Shown here: piece after piece, positions 9,734-19,858 of the stretch
How the letters are laid out: each line of letters opens with the position of its first letter
How positions within the stretch are numbered: position 1 is the first letter of the stretch
Assembly (NCBI GenBank): GCA_963822965.1
Contig: CAWGJT010000013.1
Span: 64,001 to 128,000 of the forward strand
Length of the DNA: 64,000 nt
Origin: an uncultured delta proteobacterium
Lineage (GTDB): Bacteria; Myxococcota_A; UBA9160; UBA4427
Reading direction: 5' to 3'
The notes under the pieces: model-generated
Database searches by the model: none
Told to the model about the DNA's origin: nothing
What the model saw: only the letters and a program-made list of their open reading frames with translations
Made by a program: the position numbers and the translations under genes

Positions 9734-10951
9734 GTGCGTATGCGGCGGCGAAGGGTCCTTCGAGTGGCCTGGTGCACGGCAGTGCTGCTTCTGGCGGCGC
9801 TCGGCTGCAAGCCCCGTGTCCTCGTCGTGGGCCTCGACGGCGCGAGTTGGAAGATCATCGACCCGCTGATGGCGGCCGGCTACCTGCCGACGATGGAGGC
9901 GCTCACCCGGACGGGTGCCCGCGCCGACCTCGACTGCACCCCGGCGGATCCGGCCCACTCCTGCTTCTGCCCTCCCGTGTGGCAGTCGATCTTCACCGGC
10001 CAGCCCGCGCGCGTGCACGGGATCTTCAACTTCCCGCAGCTCTCCGGCGCGCGCCGCGCCGCGACGCTCTGGGATCTGACGCGGGCGTTCGGGGGCGAGA
10101 GCACCCTCTTCGACCTGCACAACACCTGGCCGCCGGACCGGAGCGCCGAGGTGGTCCTCAGCGAGCCCGGCGGAGAGATCCTCGCGGGAGTCCTGTACCA
10201 GATCGCGAATCCCGTCGTCTCGGGCGACGCCTTCGACGCGCCCTACACCTGGGCGAAGCCCTCGAACCTCTTCCAGCTGCTGGGGCTGGACGAGTTGCCC
10301 CAGGGCGGACCGACCTGGAAGACGATGGCGATGGATCGCCTGAGCGTGGAGATGCTCGCGCGCGTCGCGGGCGCCAAGCGCGACCGGGCCTGGTGGGAGC
10401 GGCGTCCGGAGCTCGACGTCATCCTGCTGCACTCCCCCGACCGCTCCATGCACATGACCTGGAACACGATCCAGCCCCACCCGGGCGACTCCATCGACGC
10501 CCCTCGCCTGCTGGCCATCGCGGCGGAGTGGACCGGCCCCTTCTACGGTCCGCCTCCCTACCAGTGGGACACCGTGGCTTCGCAGCTGCTGGAGGCGGAC
10601 CGGCACATCGCCACCCTGCTCGCCTCGGAGCAGTACGACTACGTGGTGCTGCTCAGCGATCACGGCATGGCGACCAACCCCGAGCAAGGCTTTCCGCGGG
10701 GCATCCACTCGGTCCCCGACTCCTTCACGGGCATCTTCCTGCTCTGGTCTCCGGGGATCGTGCGCTCGGGCGTCGACCTCGGCCGGCTGACCGTGCTCGA
10801 CGTCGCGCCCACCCTGGCCTACGTGCTGGGCATCCCGTTGGCCGACGACCTGCCGGGCCACTTCGTCGCCGAAGCCTTCGAGCCCGTCGTCCTGCAGGCG
10901 GTGCCGCCCCGCCGGATCGCGAGCTGGCAGCCCTACCTGCTCCTGCACTGA
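9734..10951 (+). CDS. Alkaline phosphatase superfamily / nucleotide pyrophosphatase-type protein, probable lipoprotein
   Basis: LAALGC lipobox-like end of signal, VVGLDGASW, PPVWQSIFTG, PDRSMH, LSDHG, LDVAPT. Confidence 0.8.
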   Translation: MRMRRRRVLRVAWCTAVLLLAALGCKPRVLVVGLDGASWKIIDPLMAAGYLPTMEALTRTGARADLDCTPADPAHSCFCPPVWQSIFTGQPARVHGIFNFPQLSGARRAATLWDLTRAFGGESTLFDLHNTWPPDRSAEVVLSEPGGEILAGVLYQIANPVVSGDAFDAPYTWAKPSNLFQLLGLDELPQGGPTWKTMAMDRLSVEMLARVAGAKRDRAWWERRPELDVILLHSPDRSMHMTWNTIQPHPGDSIDAPRLLAIAAEWTGPFYGPPPYQWDTVASQLLEADRHIATLLASEQYDYVVLLSDHGMATNPEQGFPRGIHSVPDSFTGIFLLWSPGIVRSGVDLGRLTVLDVAPTLAYVLGIPLADDLPGHFVAEAFEPVVLQAVPPRRIASWQPYLLLH

Positions 10952-11060
10952 TCCCGATCCAGCCGTTCCGGGCGTCGCCCCGGGGTGCGGAGGCGAGCCC
11001 GGCGCGAGCCGGTATGCTCGCAGCCGGAGACGACTTCAGAGTGGATGAGCGGTGAGCGGA

Positions 11061-11958
11061 ATGAAGATCCACGTGCTCGGCTCGAGCGCCGGTGGCGGGC
11101 TGCCCCAGTGGAACTGCGGCGGCGAGTACTCGACCCGGGCCCGGCACGGCGACGAGGACGTGCCCCGGCGCAGCCAGCCCTCCATCGCGGTGTCGGCGGA
11201 CGGGGTGCGCTGGTGCCTCGTGAACGCCAGCCCCGACGTGCGCGACCAGCTCGCCGTCGTTCCCGGGCCTCCATCCCCGGGAAGGCACGCGCGACATCCC
11301 GCTCGATACCGTGGTCGTCACCAACGCCGACCTCGACCACAGCCTGGGCCTGCTGGTGATGCGCGAGTCGCTCCCCTACCGCATCGTCACCACGCCCTGG
11401 GTGCGCCGGGCGATCCTGGAGCACAACGCCGCCTGGCGGCTGGTCGAGCCCGCCTGGGGCGTCGTGAAGCTCGACCAGCCCTTCCCCCTCGATCGCGACG
11501 GCTTCCTGGAGGCGCGGCTCTTCCCGGTGCCCGGCAAGGTGCCCGGCTACCTGTCCGCCCTGGAGAAGAACTCGCCCGAGGCCACGGTGGGCGTGCGCAT
11601 CACCGACACGCGCACCGGAAAGCGGCTCTGGCTATGCGGCCGGGCATCCAGGCCTACGACTCGGGCACCCTGGCCGAGCTCTCGGCGGCCGACGTCCGCT
11701 TCGTCGACGGCACCTTCTTCACCGCGAAGGAGCTGCTCGCGCTGCGCCCGGGCGCCGCCGACGCCCACGCCATGGGCCACCTGCCGATGGGCGGCCCCGG
11801 CGGCAGCCTCGAGATCGTCTCCGAGCTGCCCGGGCGCACGTTCTACATCCACATGAACAACACGAACCCGATGCTGGACGCGGGCGTCCGAGGCGGCGCG
11901 CGCGGTGCGCGCGCGCGGTGTCGAGATCGCCTGGGACGGCCTGGAGATCGAGCTGTGA
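11061..11958 (+). pseudogene. pqqB: PQQ biosynthesis protein PqqB, frameshifted (~11256, ~11629-11638, ~11886); possibly sequencing error
   Basis: LGSSAGGGLPQWNC, RSQPSIAVS, NASPD, TNADLDH, DGTFF, MGH, IHMNNTNP, IAWDGLEIEL* distributed over two alternating frames. Confidence 0.9.
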
Positions 11959-12924
11959 GCGGGGACGCACCCCTGTCCGCCGACGACTTCGCGGCGGCCC
12001 TTCGAGCCGTGGGCGAGGAGCGCTACCACCACCGCCATCCCTTCAACGTGCGCATGCACGAGGGCCGGCTCTCCCGGCGGAGATCCAGACCTGGGTGGCC
12101 AACCGCTACTACTACCAGACCCGCATCCCGATCAAGGACGGCCTGATCCTCACCAAGTCGCCCGAGGCGGCGTTCCGGCGCGAGTGGGTGCAGCGCATCC
12201 ACGACCACGACGGCGCGCGCCCCGGCGAGGGCGGGCTCGAGCTGTGGCTGCAGCTCGCAGAGGCGGTGGGGCTCGAGCGCGAGCGCGTGGAGCGCCTGGA
12301 AGGCGTGCTGCCCGGCGTGCGCCGGGCCTGCGACGCCTACGTGGAATTCGTCCAGGGACACGACCTGCTGGAGTCGGTGGCCTCGTCGCTCACCGAGCTC
12401 TTCGCCGGATTCATCATGCACACGCGCATCGCCGCGTTCGAGAAGCACTACGCCTGGGTGAAGCCCGCCGGCCTCGACTACTTCCGCAGCCGCACCCAGC
12501 AGGCGCCGAAGGACTCGCCGGTACGGACTCGCCTTCGTGCAGCGAGCACGCCCGCAGCGCGCGAGGAGCAGGAGCGCTGCGCTGGCGGCGCTGCGACGGA
12601 AGTGCGAGATCCTCTGGAGCCTGCTCGACGCGGTGGAGCGCGCCACCTCGCGCCCGGCCCTGGTGCCCCATGCGCTGCGTGCGCGACGAGGCGGACGGCT
12701 CCCAGGTGGTGGTCCTCTCCGAGCGCGCCGTGCGGGTGGGCGGAAGCGGCCGGGAGATCCTCGCCCTGTGCGACGGCGCACGCACGGGGAGCGACGTGGC
12801 CCGGGCGATGGCCGCGCGACACCCCGACGAGGCGGGCGTCGAGGACGCGGTGCACGACTTCCTCGAGGAGATGGCCCGCGCGGGCGTCCTGCGCTTCGAC
12901 CCCGAGCCGCCGGAAGCGAGCTGA
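11955..12924 (+). pseudogene. pqqC: PqqC with C-terminally fused PqqD-like domain, frameshifted (~12075, ~12520-12590, ~12675)
   Basis: YHHRHPF, NRYYYQ, IPIKD, RIHDHDG, SSLTELFA, YFRSR, KCEILWSLLDA, then PqqD-like ERAVRVGGSGREILALCDG...VHDFLEEM; GTG start overlaps the pqqB stop. Confidence 0.85.
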
Positions 12925-12929
12925 GCCGC

Positions 12930-14020
12930 GTGGCGCCGCGTCCCCTGAACCTGATCGCCGAGCTCACCTACCGCTGTCCCCTGCGCTGTCCCTACTGCTC
13001 GAACCCGGTGGGCTACGAGCGCACGAAGGACGCCCTGGACGCCGACGCGTGGGGGCGCGTGATCCACGAGGCCGCGGCGCTGGGCGTGCTGCACGTGGGC
13101 CTCACCGGCGGAGAGCCCAGCGTGCGGCACGACCTCGAGGCGATCGTCGCGTCCGCCGCGGCAGCGCGGCCTCTTCACCCACCTGGTGACCGCCGGAACC
13201 CCCGTCGACGCGGACCGCCTCGCGGGGCTGGCCCGGGCCGGCCTGCGCAGCGTGCAGCTCTCGATCCAGGACGCCACGCCCGAGGCCTCGGACCGCATCG
13301 CCGGAACGCCTTCGTTCGAGCGCAAGCTCGCCCTGGCCCGCGCCACGCGGGCGCTGGGACTGCCCCTGGTGCTGAACGTCGTGCTCCACCGCCACAACCT
13401 GGGCCGCGTGCGCGAGATCATCGAGCTGGCGCGCCAGCTCGATGCCGAGCGCCTCGAGCTGGCGAACACCCAGTACCACGGCTGGGCGCTCGAGAACCGC
13501 GCGGCGCTGCTGCCGTCGCGCGAGCAGCTCGACGACGCCGCAAGGGTCGTGCGCGAGCGAGCGCGGCCGGCCCGGCCCCGAGATCCTCTACGTGCTGCCC
13601 GACTACTTCGCCGATCGGCCGAAGCCCTGCATGGGAGGCTGGGGACGGAAGAACCTGGTGGTGGCCCCCGACGGCACCGTGCTGCCCTGTCAGGCCGCCG
13701 CGAGCCTGCCCGGTCTCGAGTTCTGGCGCGTGGACGAGCACTCCCTCGCGGCCTGCTGGGCGGACGCCCCGGGCATGAACGCCTATCGCGGCGAGGCCTG
13801 GATGCCCGAGCCCTGCCGCAGCTGCGAGCAGCGCACGGTGGACTTCGGCGGCTGCCGCTGCCAGGCCTTCCAGCTGACCGGCGACGCGGCGCGCACCGAC
13901 CCGGCGTGCGTTCTGGCGCCCGATCACGGGCTCGTGGTGGCCGCGCGCGGGGAGGGCTCCGCCGCCGGAAAGCGTGATGCAGATCGCACTTTCCGGCACC
14001 GCGGACCGACGCGCAACTGA
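12930..14020 (+). pseudogene. pqqE: Radical SAM/SPASM enzyme PqqE, frameshifted (~13167, ~13560)
   Basis: AELTYRCPLRCPYCSNP, TGGEP, ELANTQYHGWA, KPCMGGWG, PEPCRSC...FGGCRCQA...DPAC. Confidence 0.92.
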
Positions 14021-14152
14021 CGCCACAAGGGCTTTCTCCCACTCGGTTTTTCCCTCAGGCGCCGAGGCGGTGTGACGGCTACCGTCAAGCCTGCCTCCCG
14101 CTGGCCGAATAGAGCCTTGGAACGCGGCGATTCCGCGCGGTGAGGATTCCCC

Positions 14153-15004
14153 ATGCAAGCCGACCAGCCGTCCCCGTCGATCCGCTCCGGGCGCGCCACG
14201 CGCGTCCGCGTCGAGCGATCGTTCCGCAACGTCCTGCGCCGCTTCGTGGTGCTGGCCGCCGGCCTGATGCTCGTGCTGCCCGCGATCGCCTCGGCCCAGC
14301 AGAGGCGGGTGGTGCAGATGCGCCCGGTGGAGCCGACCCCGACCGAGACCGTGACCGTGGACGACGACCCCTTCGACCGCTCCGGCTTCTACGTCGGGCT
14401 GGGTGGCTCCTACCAGTTCAACCCGTTCAACAGCAAGATCGAGAGTCTCATCGAGGACGCCCTCGATGACGAGATCGGCCCCGGCGCGAACGTCAAGGCC
14501 GACCTCGGCGACTCGGGCGGCGTGAACGCCACGGTGGGCTATCGCGCGTTCTCCTTCCTGGCCCTCGAGATCGAGTACGAGTGGATCGACCAGTACAAGA
14601 TCAAGGGCTCGACCGACACGCCGATCCCCGTCTCGGGCGATCTCTACAGCATCGAGGGCCACACCCTCACCGCCAACACCAAGTGGATCATCCCCTTCTG
14701 GCGCATCCAGCCCTACCTGCTGATCGGCGGAGGCATCGCCATCTCCGACGTGAATCGCGGGAGCCTCTACGACAACGCCGCCATCGCCGCCGTCCTCGAC
14801 AGCGCGGGAATCGACGTCCAGGGCGGCACGCACACGAACGCGGCCGCCCGAGCCGGCCTCGGCCTCGACCTCTACATCACCGAGCACATCGTGGTGAACG
14901 GCGAGGCGTCCACGGTGCTGACGACCCTCAAGGAGCCCGATCTCGGCGACATCGAAGACCTGAACTACATCTCGTTCAGCGCCGGGATGCAGTACCGCTT
15001 CTGA
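14153..15004 (+). CDS. Outer-membrane beta-barrel protein (8-stranded OmpA/OmpW-like); true start may be downstream
   Basis: Signal peptide ending ASA-QQ, amphipathic strands (GFYVGLGG, QPYLLIGGG), C-terminal MQYRF BAM motif. Confidence 0.82.
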   Translation: MQADQPSPSIRSGRATRVRVERSFRNVLRRFVVLAAGLMLVLPAIASAQQRRVVQMRPVEPTPTETVTVDDDPFDRSGFYVGLGGSYQFNPFNSKIESLIEDALDDEIGPGANVKADLGDSGGVNATVGYRAFSFLALEIEYEWIDQYKIKGSTDTPIPVSGDLYSIEGHTLTANTKWIIPFWRIQPYLLIGGGIAISDVNRGSLYDNAAIAAVLDSAGIDVQGGTHTNAAARAGLGLDLYITEHIVVNGEASTVLTTLKEPDLGDIEDLNYISFSAGMQYRF

Positions 15005-15007
15005 GCG

Positions 15008-15066
15008 GTCAGCGCCCCGCTGGGGCGCTGACTTGCAACCTGAGGACAACGCTGAGCGTTGTCCTC
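15008..15066. terminator. Two adjacent hairpins between convergent genes; probable bidirectional terminator
   Basis: GTCAGCGCCCC-GCT-GGGGCGCTGAC (15008-15032) and GAGGACAACGCT-G-AGCGTTGTCCTC (15042-15066). Confidence 0.6.
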
Positions 15067-15102
15067 TCAGGAGCCGGTGGCCTTACCGAGCGGCGCCGCC
15101 GC

Positions 15103-15904
15103 TCAGTCCCCCAGGAACTTTCGCGTCGCCTCGAGGACGGCCTCGGTCTGCTCGTAGGGCGCCATGTGGCCCGCCGCCTCCACCCAGGCGATGCGCGCCG
15201 ACGGCAGCAGCTCCTGCCAGCGCTCCGCGTAGATCGGCGGGATGAAGCGGTCCTCGCGCCCCCAGACGAGCAGGGTGTCCGCGGTCTGCCGGTAGAGACG
15301 CTTCGAGAGCCGCCGGTTCGGGATCGGGAAGAGGATCTTGCCCGCCGTCCCCAGCCGGCGCGCGTTGCCCACCAGGAAGTCCTGCAAGGCCTCGAGGTTC
15401 GAGAAGTCGAGCCCCCGGGTGAGGAGCTTCTCGCCGGCCTTCGGGTCGTGGAAGAGCGCCTGGGCCAGCTCGAAGGGCAGCATCGAGAACAGGTCCGGAA
15501 TGGGATGGTCGTCGAGCCAGAGTCCGGCCGGGCAGACCAGCACCAGCCGCGACAGGCCGCGGGGGTTCAGGCACGCCATCTCGGCGGCGATCATGCCGCC
15601 CATGGAGTGGCCCGATCAGGTGGGGCGGCGTCTTCCCGGGGCCCGCCAGGCCCAGCGCCTCCACCACGTCCCAGCCGTGGAGCGCGAAGTCGAGCATGTC
15701 CTCGATCCGGTCCTCGGTCTCCTGGCTGCCGTAGCCCGGCCACTCGGGGGCGTACACGTGGAAGCGCTCGGCCAGCCCCTCGAGCAGCGGCTCCTCGGGC
15801 TGCAGGCCGCCCGCTCCGTGCAGGAAGACCAGGGGCGGTCCCTCTCCCGTCTCGTGGAGCGTGAACGGAATGCCCTTGCGGGTCTCGACCACGCGCTCTC
15901 TCAT
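15103..15904 (-). pseudogene. Alpha/beta hydrolase with one frameshift at the nucleophile elbow (~15611); probably sequencing error
   Basis: LVFLHGAGG; removing one base at ATC GGG CCA restores LIGHSMGG (GxSxG); WGREDRF, AGHM. Confidence 0.85.
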
Positions 15905-17169
15905 CGCGAGCCTCCGAACGGGACGTCCCGCCGCGCGGCGTCGAGCCCGTCCTCGGGGCGCACGCGCTCGTCGTAGGGCTTGATCCACCAGCGGTCGTCG
16001 TCCTTCCACTCGGGCCACACGTCCTTCAGCTGGGGCATCACCTTCTCGGCGAAGAGCTTCGTCGAGTGGCGGGTCTTCCAGTCGGGCATGTTGCCGTTGT
16101 GCATCAGGCAGAAGACGTGACCGATGTGCAGCCCCTTGATCATGTGCTCCATGCGCTCGCGCACGGTGTCCGGGCTGCCGGCGATCACGTAGCCGCCCTC
16201 GACCAGGTCCTTCCAGGTGAGGCTCGAGAAGACCTTCTGGTTCTCGGCCCGCAGCTGGGAGAGCTTGCCCGCCTTGATGGTCTTGATGGTGCGGTAGCCC
16301 GGCGGCTCGGCGAAGCCGGGGAACACGTGCAGACAGCGGTTGTAGAAGTAGAGGACGTGCTCGGCGTAGAGCTCCTCGGCCTGCTGGTCGGTCTCGCCCA
16401 CGCAGATGATCTGGGCGAAGGCGGCGCGATACGGCGACTCGTCGACCCCCTTGGCCGCCACCCGCTCCCAGAAGCCGTCGAGCAGCGCCTGACCGGCCAC
16501 GTAGCCGCCGAAGGACAGGAACGAGTAGTTGTAGTCGTTGTCCACGCAGAAGTCCCAGGTCTCGATGGAGCCGCCGCCCGGGATGTAGATGGGCGGGTGG
16601 GGCTTCTGGATGGGCTTCGGCCAGCAGTTCACGTAGCGCAGCTGGTTGTACTTGCCGTCGAACGCGAAGGGCTCGTCCTCGGCCCATGCCCGCATGATGA
16701 GATCGTGGGCCTCGTAGTACTTGTCGCGCGTGAGCGCCGGAATCTGCCCGTAGCAGAAGTTCGTGTCCATCGGCGTGCCCACCGGGAAGCCCGCCACCAG
16801 CCGACCGCCGGAGATGACGTCGAGCATCGCGAACTCCTCGGCCACCCGGATCGGCGGGTTGTAGAGCGCGATCGAGTTGCCGATGACGCAGATGGCGGCA
16901 CGGGAGGTCCGGCGCGCCAGGCCCGCCGCGATGATGTTGGGCGAAGGCATGAGCCCGTAGCCGTTCTGGTGGTGCTCGTTCACGCCGATGCCGTCGTAGC
17001 CCAGGGCGTCCGCGTACTCCAGCTGGTCCATGTACTGGTGGTAGACGTGGTTGCCCCGCTTCGGGTCGTAGAGCGACTGGGGAATGTCGACCCACACCGA
17101 GCGGTTCTTCTCGCGGAAGTCGTCCGGCAGGTAGGGCCACGGCATGAGGTTGAACCAGGTGAACTTCAT
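15901..17169 (-). CDS. LLM class (luciferase-like) flavin-dependent oxidoreductase
   Basis: GYDGIGVNEHH, PSPNI, PIRVAEEFAMLDVISGGRL, WPKPIQKPHPP, IAGSPDTV, LFAEKVMP. Confidence 0.93.
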   Translation of the reverse strand: MKFTWFNLMPWPYLPDDFREKNRSVWVDIPQSLYDPKRGNHVYHQYMDQLEYADALGYDGIGVNEHHQNGYGLMPSPNIIAAGLARRTSRAAICVIGNSIALYNPPIRVAEEFAMLDVISGGRLVAGFPVGTPMDTNFCYGQIPALTRDKYYEAHDLIMRAWAEDEPFAFDGKYNQLRYVNCWPKPIQKPHPPIYIPGGGSIETWDFCVDNDYNYSFLSFGGYVAGQALLDGFWERVAAKGVDESPYRAAFAQIICVGETDQQAEELYAEHVLYFYNRCLHVFPGFAEPPGYRTIKTIKAGKLSQLRAENQKVFSSLTWKDLVEGGYVIAGSPDTVRERMEHMIKGLHIGHVFCLMHNGNMPDWKTRHSTKLFAEKVMPQLKDVWPEWKDDDRWWIKPYDERVRPEDGLDAARRDVPFGGSR

Positions 17170-17281
17170 GGGAGCTCTCCGTTGGGCGGTGCGACCTTCG
17201 GCGGGCCGCAGGACGTCCATGATGCCACTCCGGGCCGGGCGGCGCTTGCCGGCGCGCGGCCCGCTCTGCGATGCTCCCCGC

Positions 17282-18724
17282 GTGTTCCGCCTGGCGCTCC
17301 TCGCGTACGCGATCCTGCTGGTCGTTCCCCGTCTCGCCGGGGCCCAGTGCGAGCCCGTCAAGCCCCTGCCGTGCGCGGACTGCTTCGCGGTCTTCGTGAT
17401 GCCCGATACCCAGGGGTACACGGACGCGGCCACCCAGCCCGCCGGCGCGAACCACCTGGACCTGGTCACGCGCTACGTCTGCGACCACCGCACCGCCTGG
17501 ACCGAGCCCACCACCGGCAAGACGATGCCCATCCTGATGGTGATCCAGCTCGGCGACCTGGTGCAGCACCCGGACCGACAGGAATCGGGCGGGCCGCCTC
17601 TCACGGAGTGGACGCGGGTGTCTGCGGCCTTCGCGAACCTGGACGCGTGCACGCCGAAGGTCCCCTACCTGGTGACGGCCGGAAACCACGACCTGTCGCA
17701 GTCCAACTACGAACGCCCGAGCGTCGGGTACGAGACCTTCTTCGGTCCGGACCGCTGGGCGAGCCAGGGCGTCGCGTGCAGCTCGCTCCAGGACTGCGAC
17801 TGGGCGGCGGGGCAGTACTTCCTCGGCGCCGGCGACACCATCGTCGCGGGCTCGCGCAACAACCAGAACGGCGACGGCGGCAACCCGGGCCCGGCCACCG
17901 ACCAGGTGGGGCGCCACCGCGCCGGGCTGATCCGCGCACCCAACGGGCAGCCGTTCCTCTTCCTCGGTCTCGAGATGGCCTTCGACTTCCCCCCGCCCGC
18001 CGCCGGGAGCGAGGGCGCCGAGCGGGACGACTCCGCCTGGCCGAAGCGCGTCCTCGCGGCGTACCCCGCGGTGCCCACCGTGGTCTTCCACCACAGCATG
18101 CTCTGGGCCTTCCCGCCGCCCGACACCCGGGTGCGTTGGGGACCCGAGACCTGGCACTCGGACTCGATCACCCCGACCCCCGGCGACTACGCGACGGACC
18201 CGGACTTCGGGGCCACGGGCGGCATGCAGGATCTCTTCGACCTGCTCATCGAGCCCCATCCCCAGGTGCGCTTCCTGTTCACCGGGCACGTCTTCAACCC
18301 CACCCACCAGGCCGACTACACGATCCCGCGCAAGGCCGGGCGGCCGCCCGTGTGGGCCTTCCTGCGCAACTTCCAGACGGTCGACCTGGGGCTGCCGGGC
18401 GACGGAGACCTCTACGGTGTGGGCTGGAACGTGGTGGCGGTCTTCGATCCGGCGGCCGAACAGGTGCGCGTGCGCTCGTACCGCATCGACGACGGGGCCG
18501 CCTACGCGACCCCGCCCAGCAACCTGCTGCACACCGGGACACCGGTTCCCACCGAGTGCATGGAGACGGACCAGGGCGGCGTCGGCGAGCGGATCGTCCC
18601 GTGGAGCTTCAGCGCCGCGGGCGCCGTCGCGCCGGCCCTCTCCGACTCCGGCGCCGCGGGGCTCGCCGCGGTCGTCTCCGGCAGCACGGCCTGGCTCCTT
18701 CGCCGGCGCAGCCGGAACCCGTGA
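17282..18724 (+). CDS. Secreted calcineurin-like metallophosphoesterase with IPTL-CTERM-like C-terminal sorting tail
   Basis: Signal peptide; MPDTQ, LGDLV, AGNHD, FHH, FTGH motifs; tail APALSDSG + hydrophobic segment + RRRSR. Confidence 0.75.
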   Translation: MFRLALLAYAILLVVPRLAGAQCEPVKPLPCADCFAVFVMPDTQGYTDAATQPAGANHLDLVTRYVCDHRTAWTEPTTGKTMPILMVIQLGDLVQHPDRQESGGPPLTEWTRVSAAFANLDACTPKVPYLVTAGNHDLSQSNYERPSVGYETFFGPDRWASQGVACSSLQDCDWAAGQYFLGAGDTIVAGSRNNQNGDGGNPGPATDQVGRHRAGLIRAPNGQPFLFLGLEMAFDFPPPAAGSEGAERDDSAWPKRVLAAYPAVPTVVFHHSMLWAFPPPDTRVRWGPETWHSDSITPTPGDYATDPDFGATGGMQDLFDLLIEPHPQVRFLFTGHVFNPTHQADYTIPRKAGRPPVWAFLRNFQTVDLGLPGDGDLYGVGWNVVAVFDPAAEQVRVRSYRIDDGAAYATPPSNLLHTGTPVPTECMETDQGGVGERIVPWSFSAAGAVAPALSDSGAAGLAAVVSGSTAWLLRRRSRNP

Positions 18725-19809
18725 TCCACGTCGTCCTCGGTACGAAGGCGCAGCTGGTGAAGATGGCGCCGGTGATGGTGCGCCTGCGCGACCGCGGCAT
18801 CCCGTATCGCTTCGTCCACACGGGCCAGCACCGCGCCACGATGGACGAGATGCTGGACGAGTTCGGCCTGAAGCCGCCGGACGTGGTGCTGCACCGCGGG
18901 CGCGACGTCGTCTCGCTACCGCAGATGGCGCTCTGGACGGGGAAGATCCTGTGGCAGTGCCTCACCCGGCGCCGCGCGATCTTCGGCGACGAGCGCCGGG
19001 GCATCGTGCTCGTGCACGGGGACACCTTCTCCACGGCGCTCGGCGCCCTGATGGGGAAGGTCGCGGGGCTGCGCGTGGGCCACGTGGAGTCGGGCCTGCG
19101 CTCCTTCCGCCTCTTCCACCCCTTTCCCGAGGAGATCACGCGGCTGCTGACCTTCCGCCTGGCCGATTCCCTCTACTGTCCGGGCCCGTGGGCGCTCGCG
19201 AACGTCGCGGGCTACGGCAGCGAGCGGGTCGACACGGGCTGCAACACCCTCTCGGACACCCTGGCCCTGGCCCTCGAGCCGAGCCGCTGGGCGCGGCGTC
19301 GCCGCGACCACGTTCCCGGCGAGCCCTACGCGCTCGCCAGCCTGCACCGTTACGAGAACATCTTCGACCGCAAGCGCTTCGAAGCGCTGCTGGAGATCGT
19401 GGAAGAGCTGGCGCAGGGCGTCCGCGTGCTCTTCATCCTGCACCCGCCGACCGAGCGGCAGATCGACCGGCTGGGGCTCCGCGAGAGGTTGGAGGCCCAC
19501 CCCGGAATCGAGCTGCGTCCCCGCTACACGTACTTCGACTTCGTGACCCTGCTGGAGGGCGCCCGCTTCGTGGTGACCGACGGCGGCAGCATCCAGGAGG
19601 AGTCGTCCTACCTGGGCCTGCCGTGCCTGCTGCTGCGTCGCGCCACCGAGCGCCGGGAAGGGCTCGGTGAGAACGTGGTCCTCTCGGACTTCGACCGCGA
19701 CGTCGTCCGCCGCTTCGCCGCGAGCCCCGAGACGTGGCGGCGTCCCCCGAGCGTCCACACCCATCACCCCTCGGACGTGATCGTCGACTCCGCCCTGCGC
19801 TGGGCCTAG
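18721..19809 (+). CDS. UDP-N-acetylglucosamine 2-epimerase family (WecB-like, variant motifs)
   Basis: VLGTKAQLVKMAPV, HTGQH, VHGDT, HVESGLRS, PFPEE, LHRYEN, TDGGSIQEE, TERREG. Confidence 0.88.
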   Translation: MIHVVLGTKAQLVKMAPVMVRLRDRGIPYRFVHTGQHRATMDEMLDEFGLKPPDVVLHRGRDVVSLPQMALWTGKILWQCLTRRRAIFGDERRGIVLVHGDTFSTALGALMGKVAGLRVGHVESGLRSFRLFHPFPEEITRLLTFRLADSLYCPGPWALANVAGYGSERVDTGCNTLSDTLALALEPSRWARRRRDHVPGEPYALASLHRYENIFDRKRFEALLEIVEELAQGVRVLFILHPPTERQIDRLGLRERLEAHPGIELRPRYTYFDFVTLLEGARFVVTDGGSIQEESSYLGLPCLLLRRATERREGLGENVVLSDFDRDVVRRFAASPETWRRPPSVHTHHPSDVIVDSALRWA

Positions 19810-19858
19810 AAAACCGGCCCGACGTCCTCGAACCCTGCGAATGCGAAGCATTCGCCGT

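Noticed and set aside
6158..10948. Very long antisense/alternate-frame ORFs (1596 aa here; similar ones across the window)
   Set aside because: Shadow ORFs expected at high GC; low-complexity Arg/Gly/Ala translations opposite well-supported genes
14055..14090. GGCGCCGAGGCGGTGTGACGGCTAC as a degraded pqqA core (EVTAY-like)
   Set aside because: Needs several indels, has no start or RBS, and gives no ExxxY in any frame
11061..15904. Programmed ribosomal frameshifting in pqq/hydrolase genes
   Set aside because: Too many shifts of mixed sign and no slippery heptamers; sequencing error is more parsimonious
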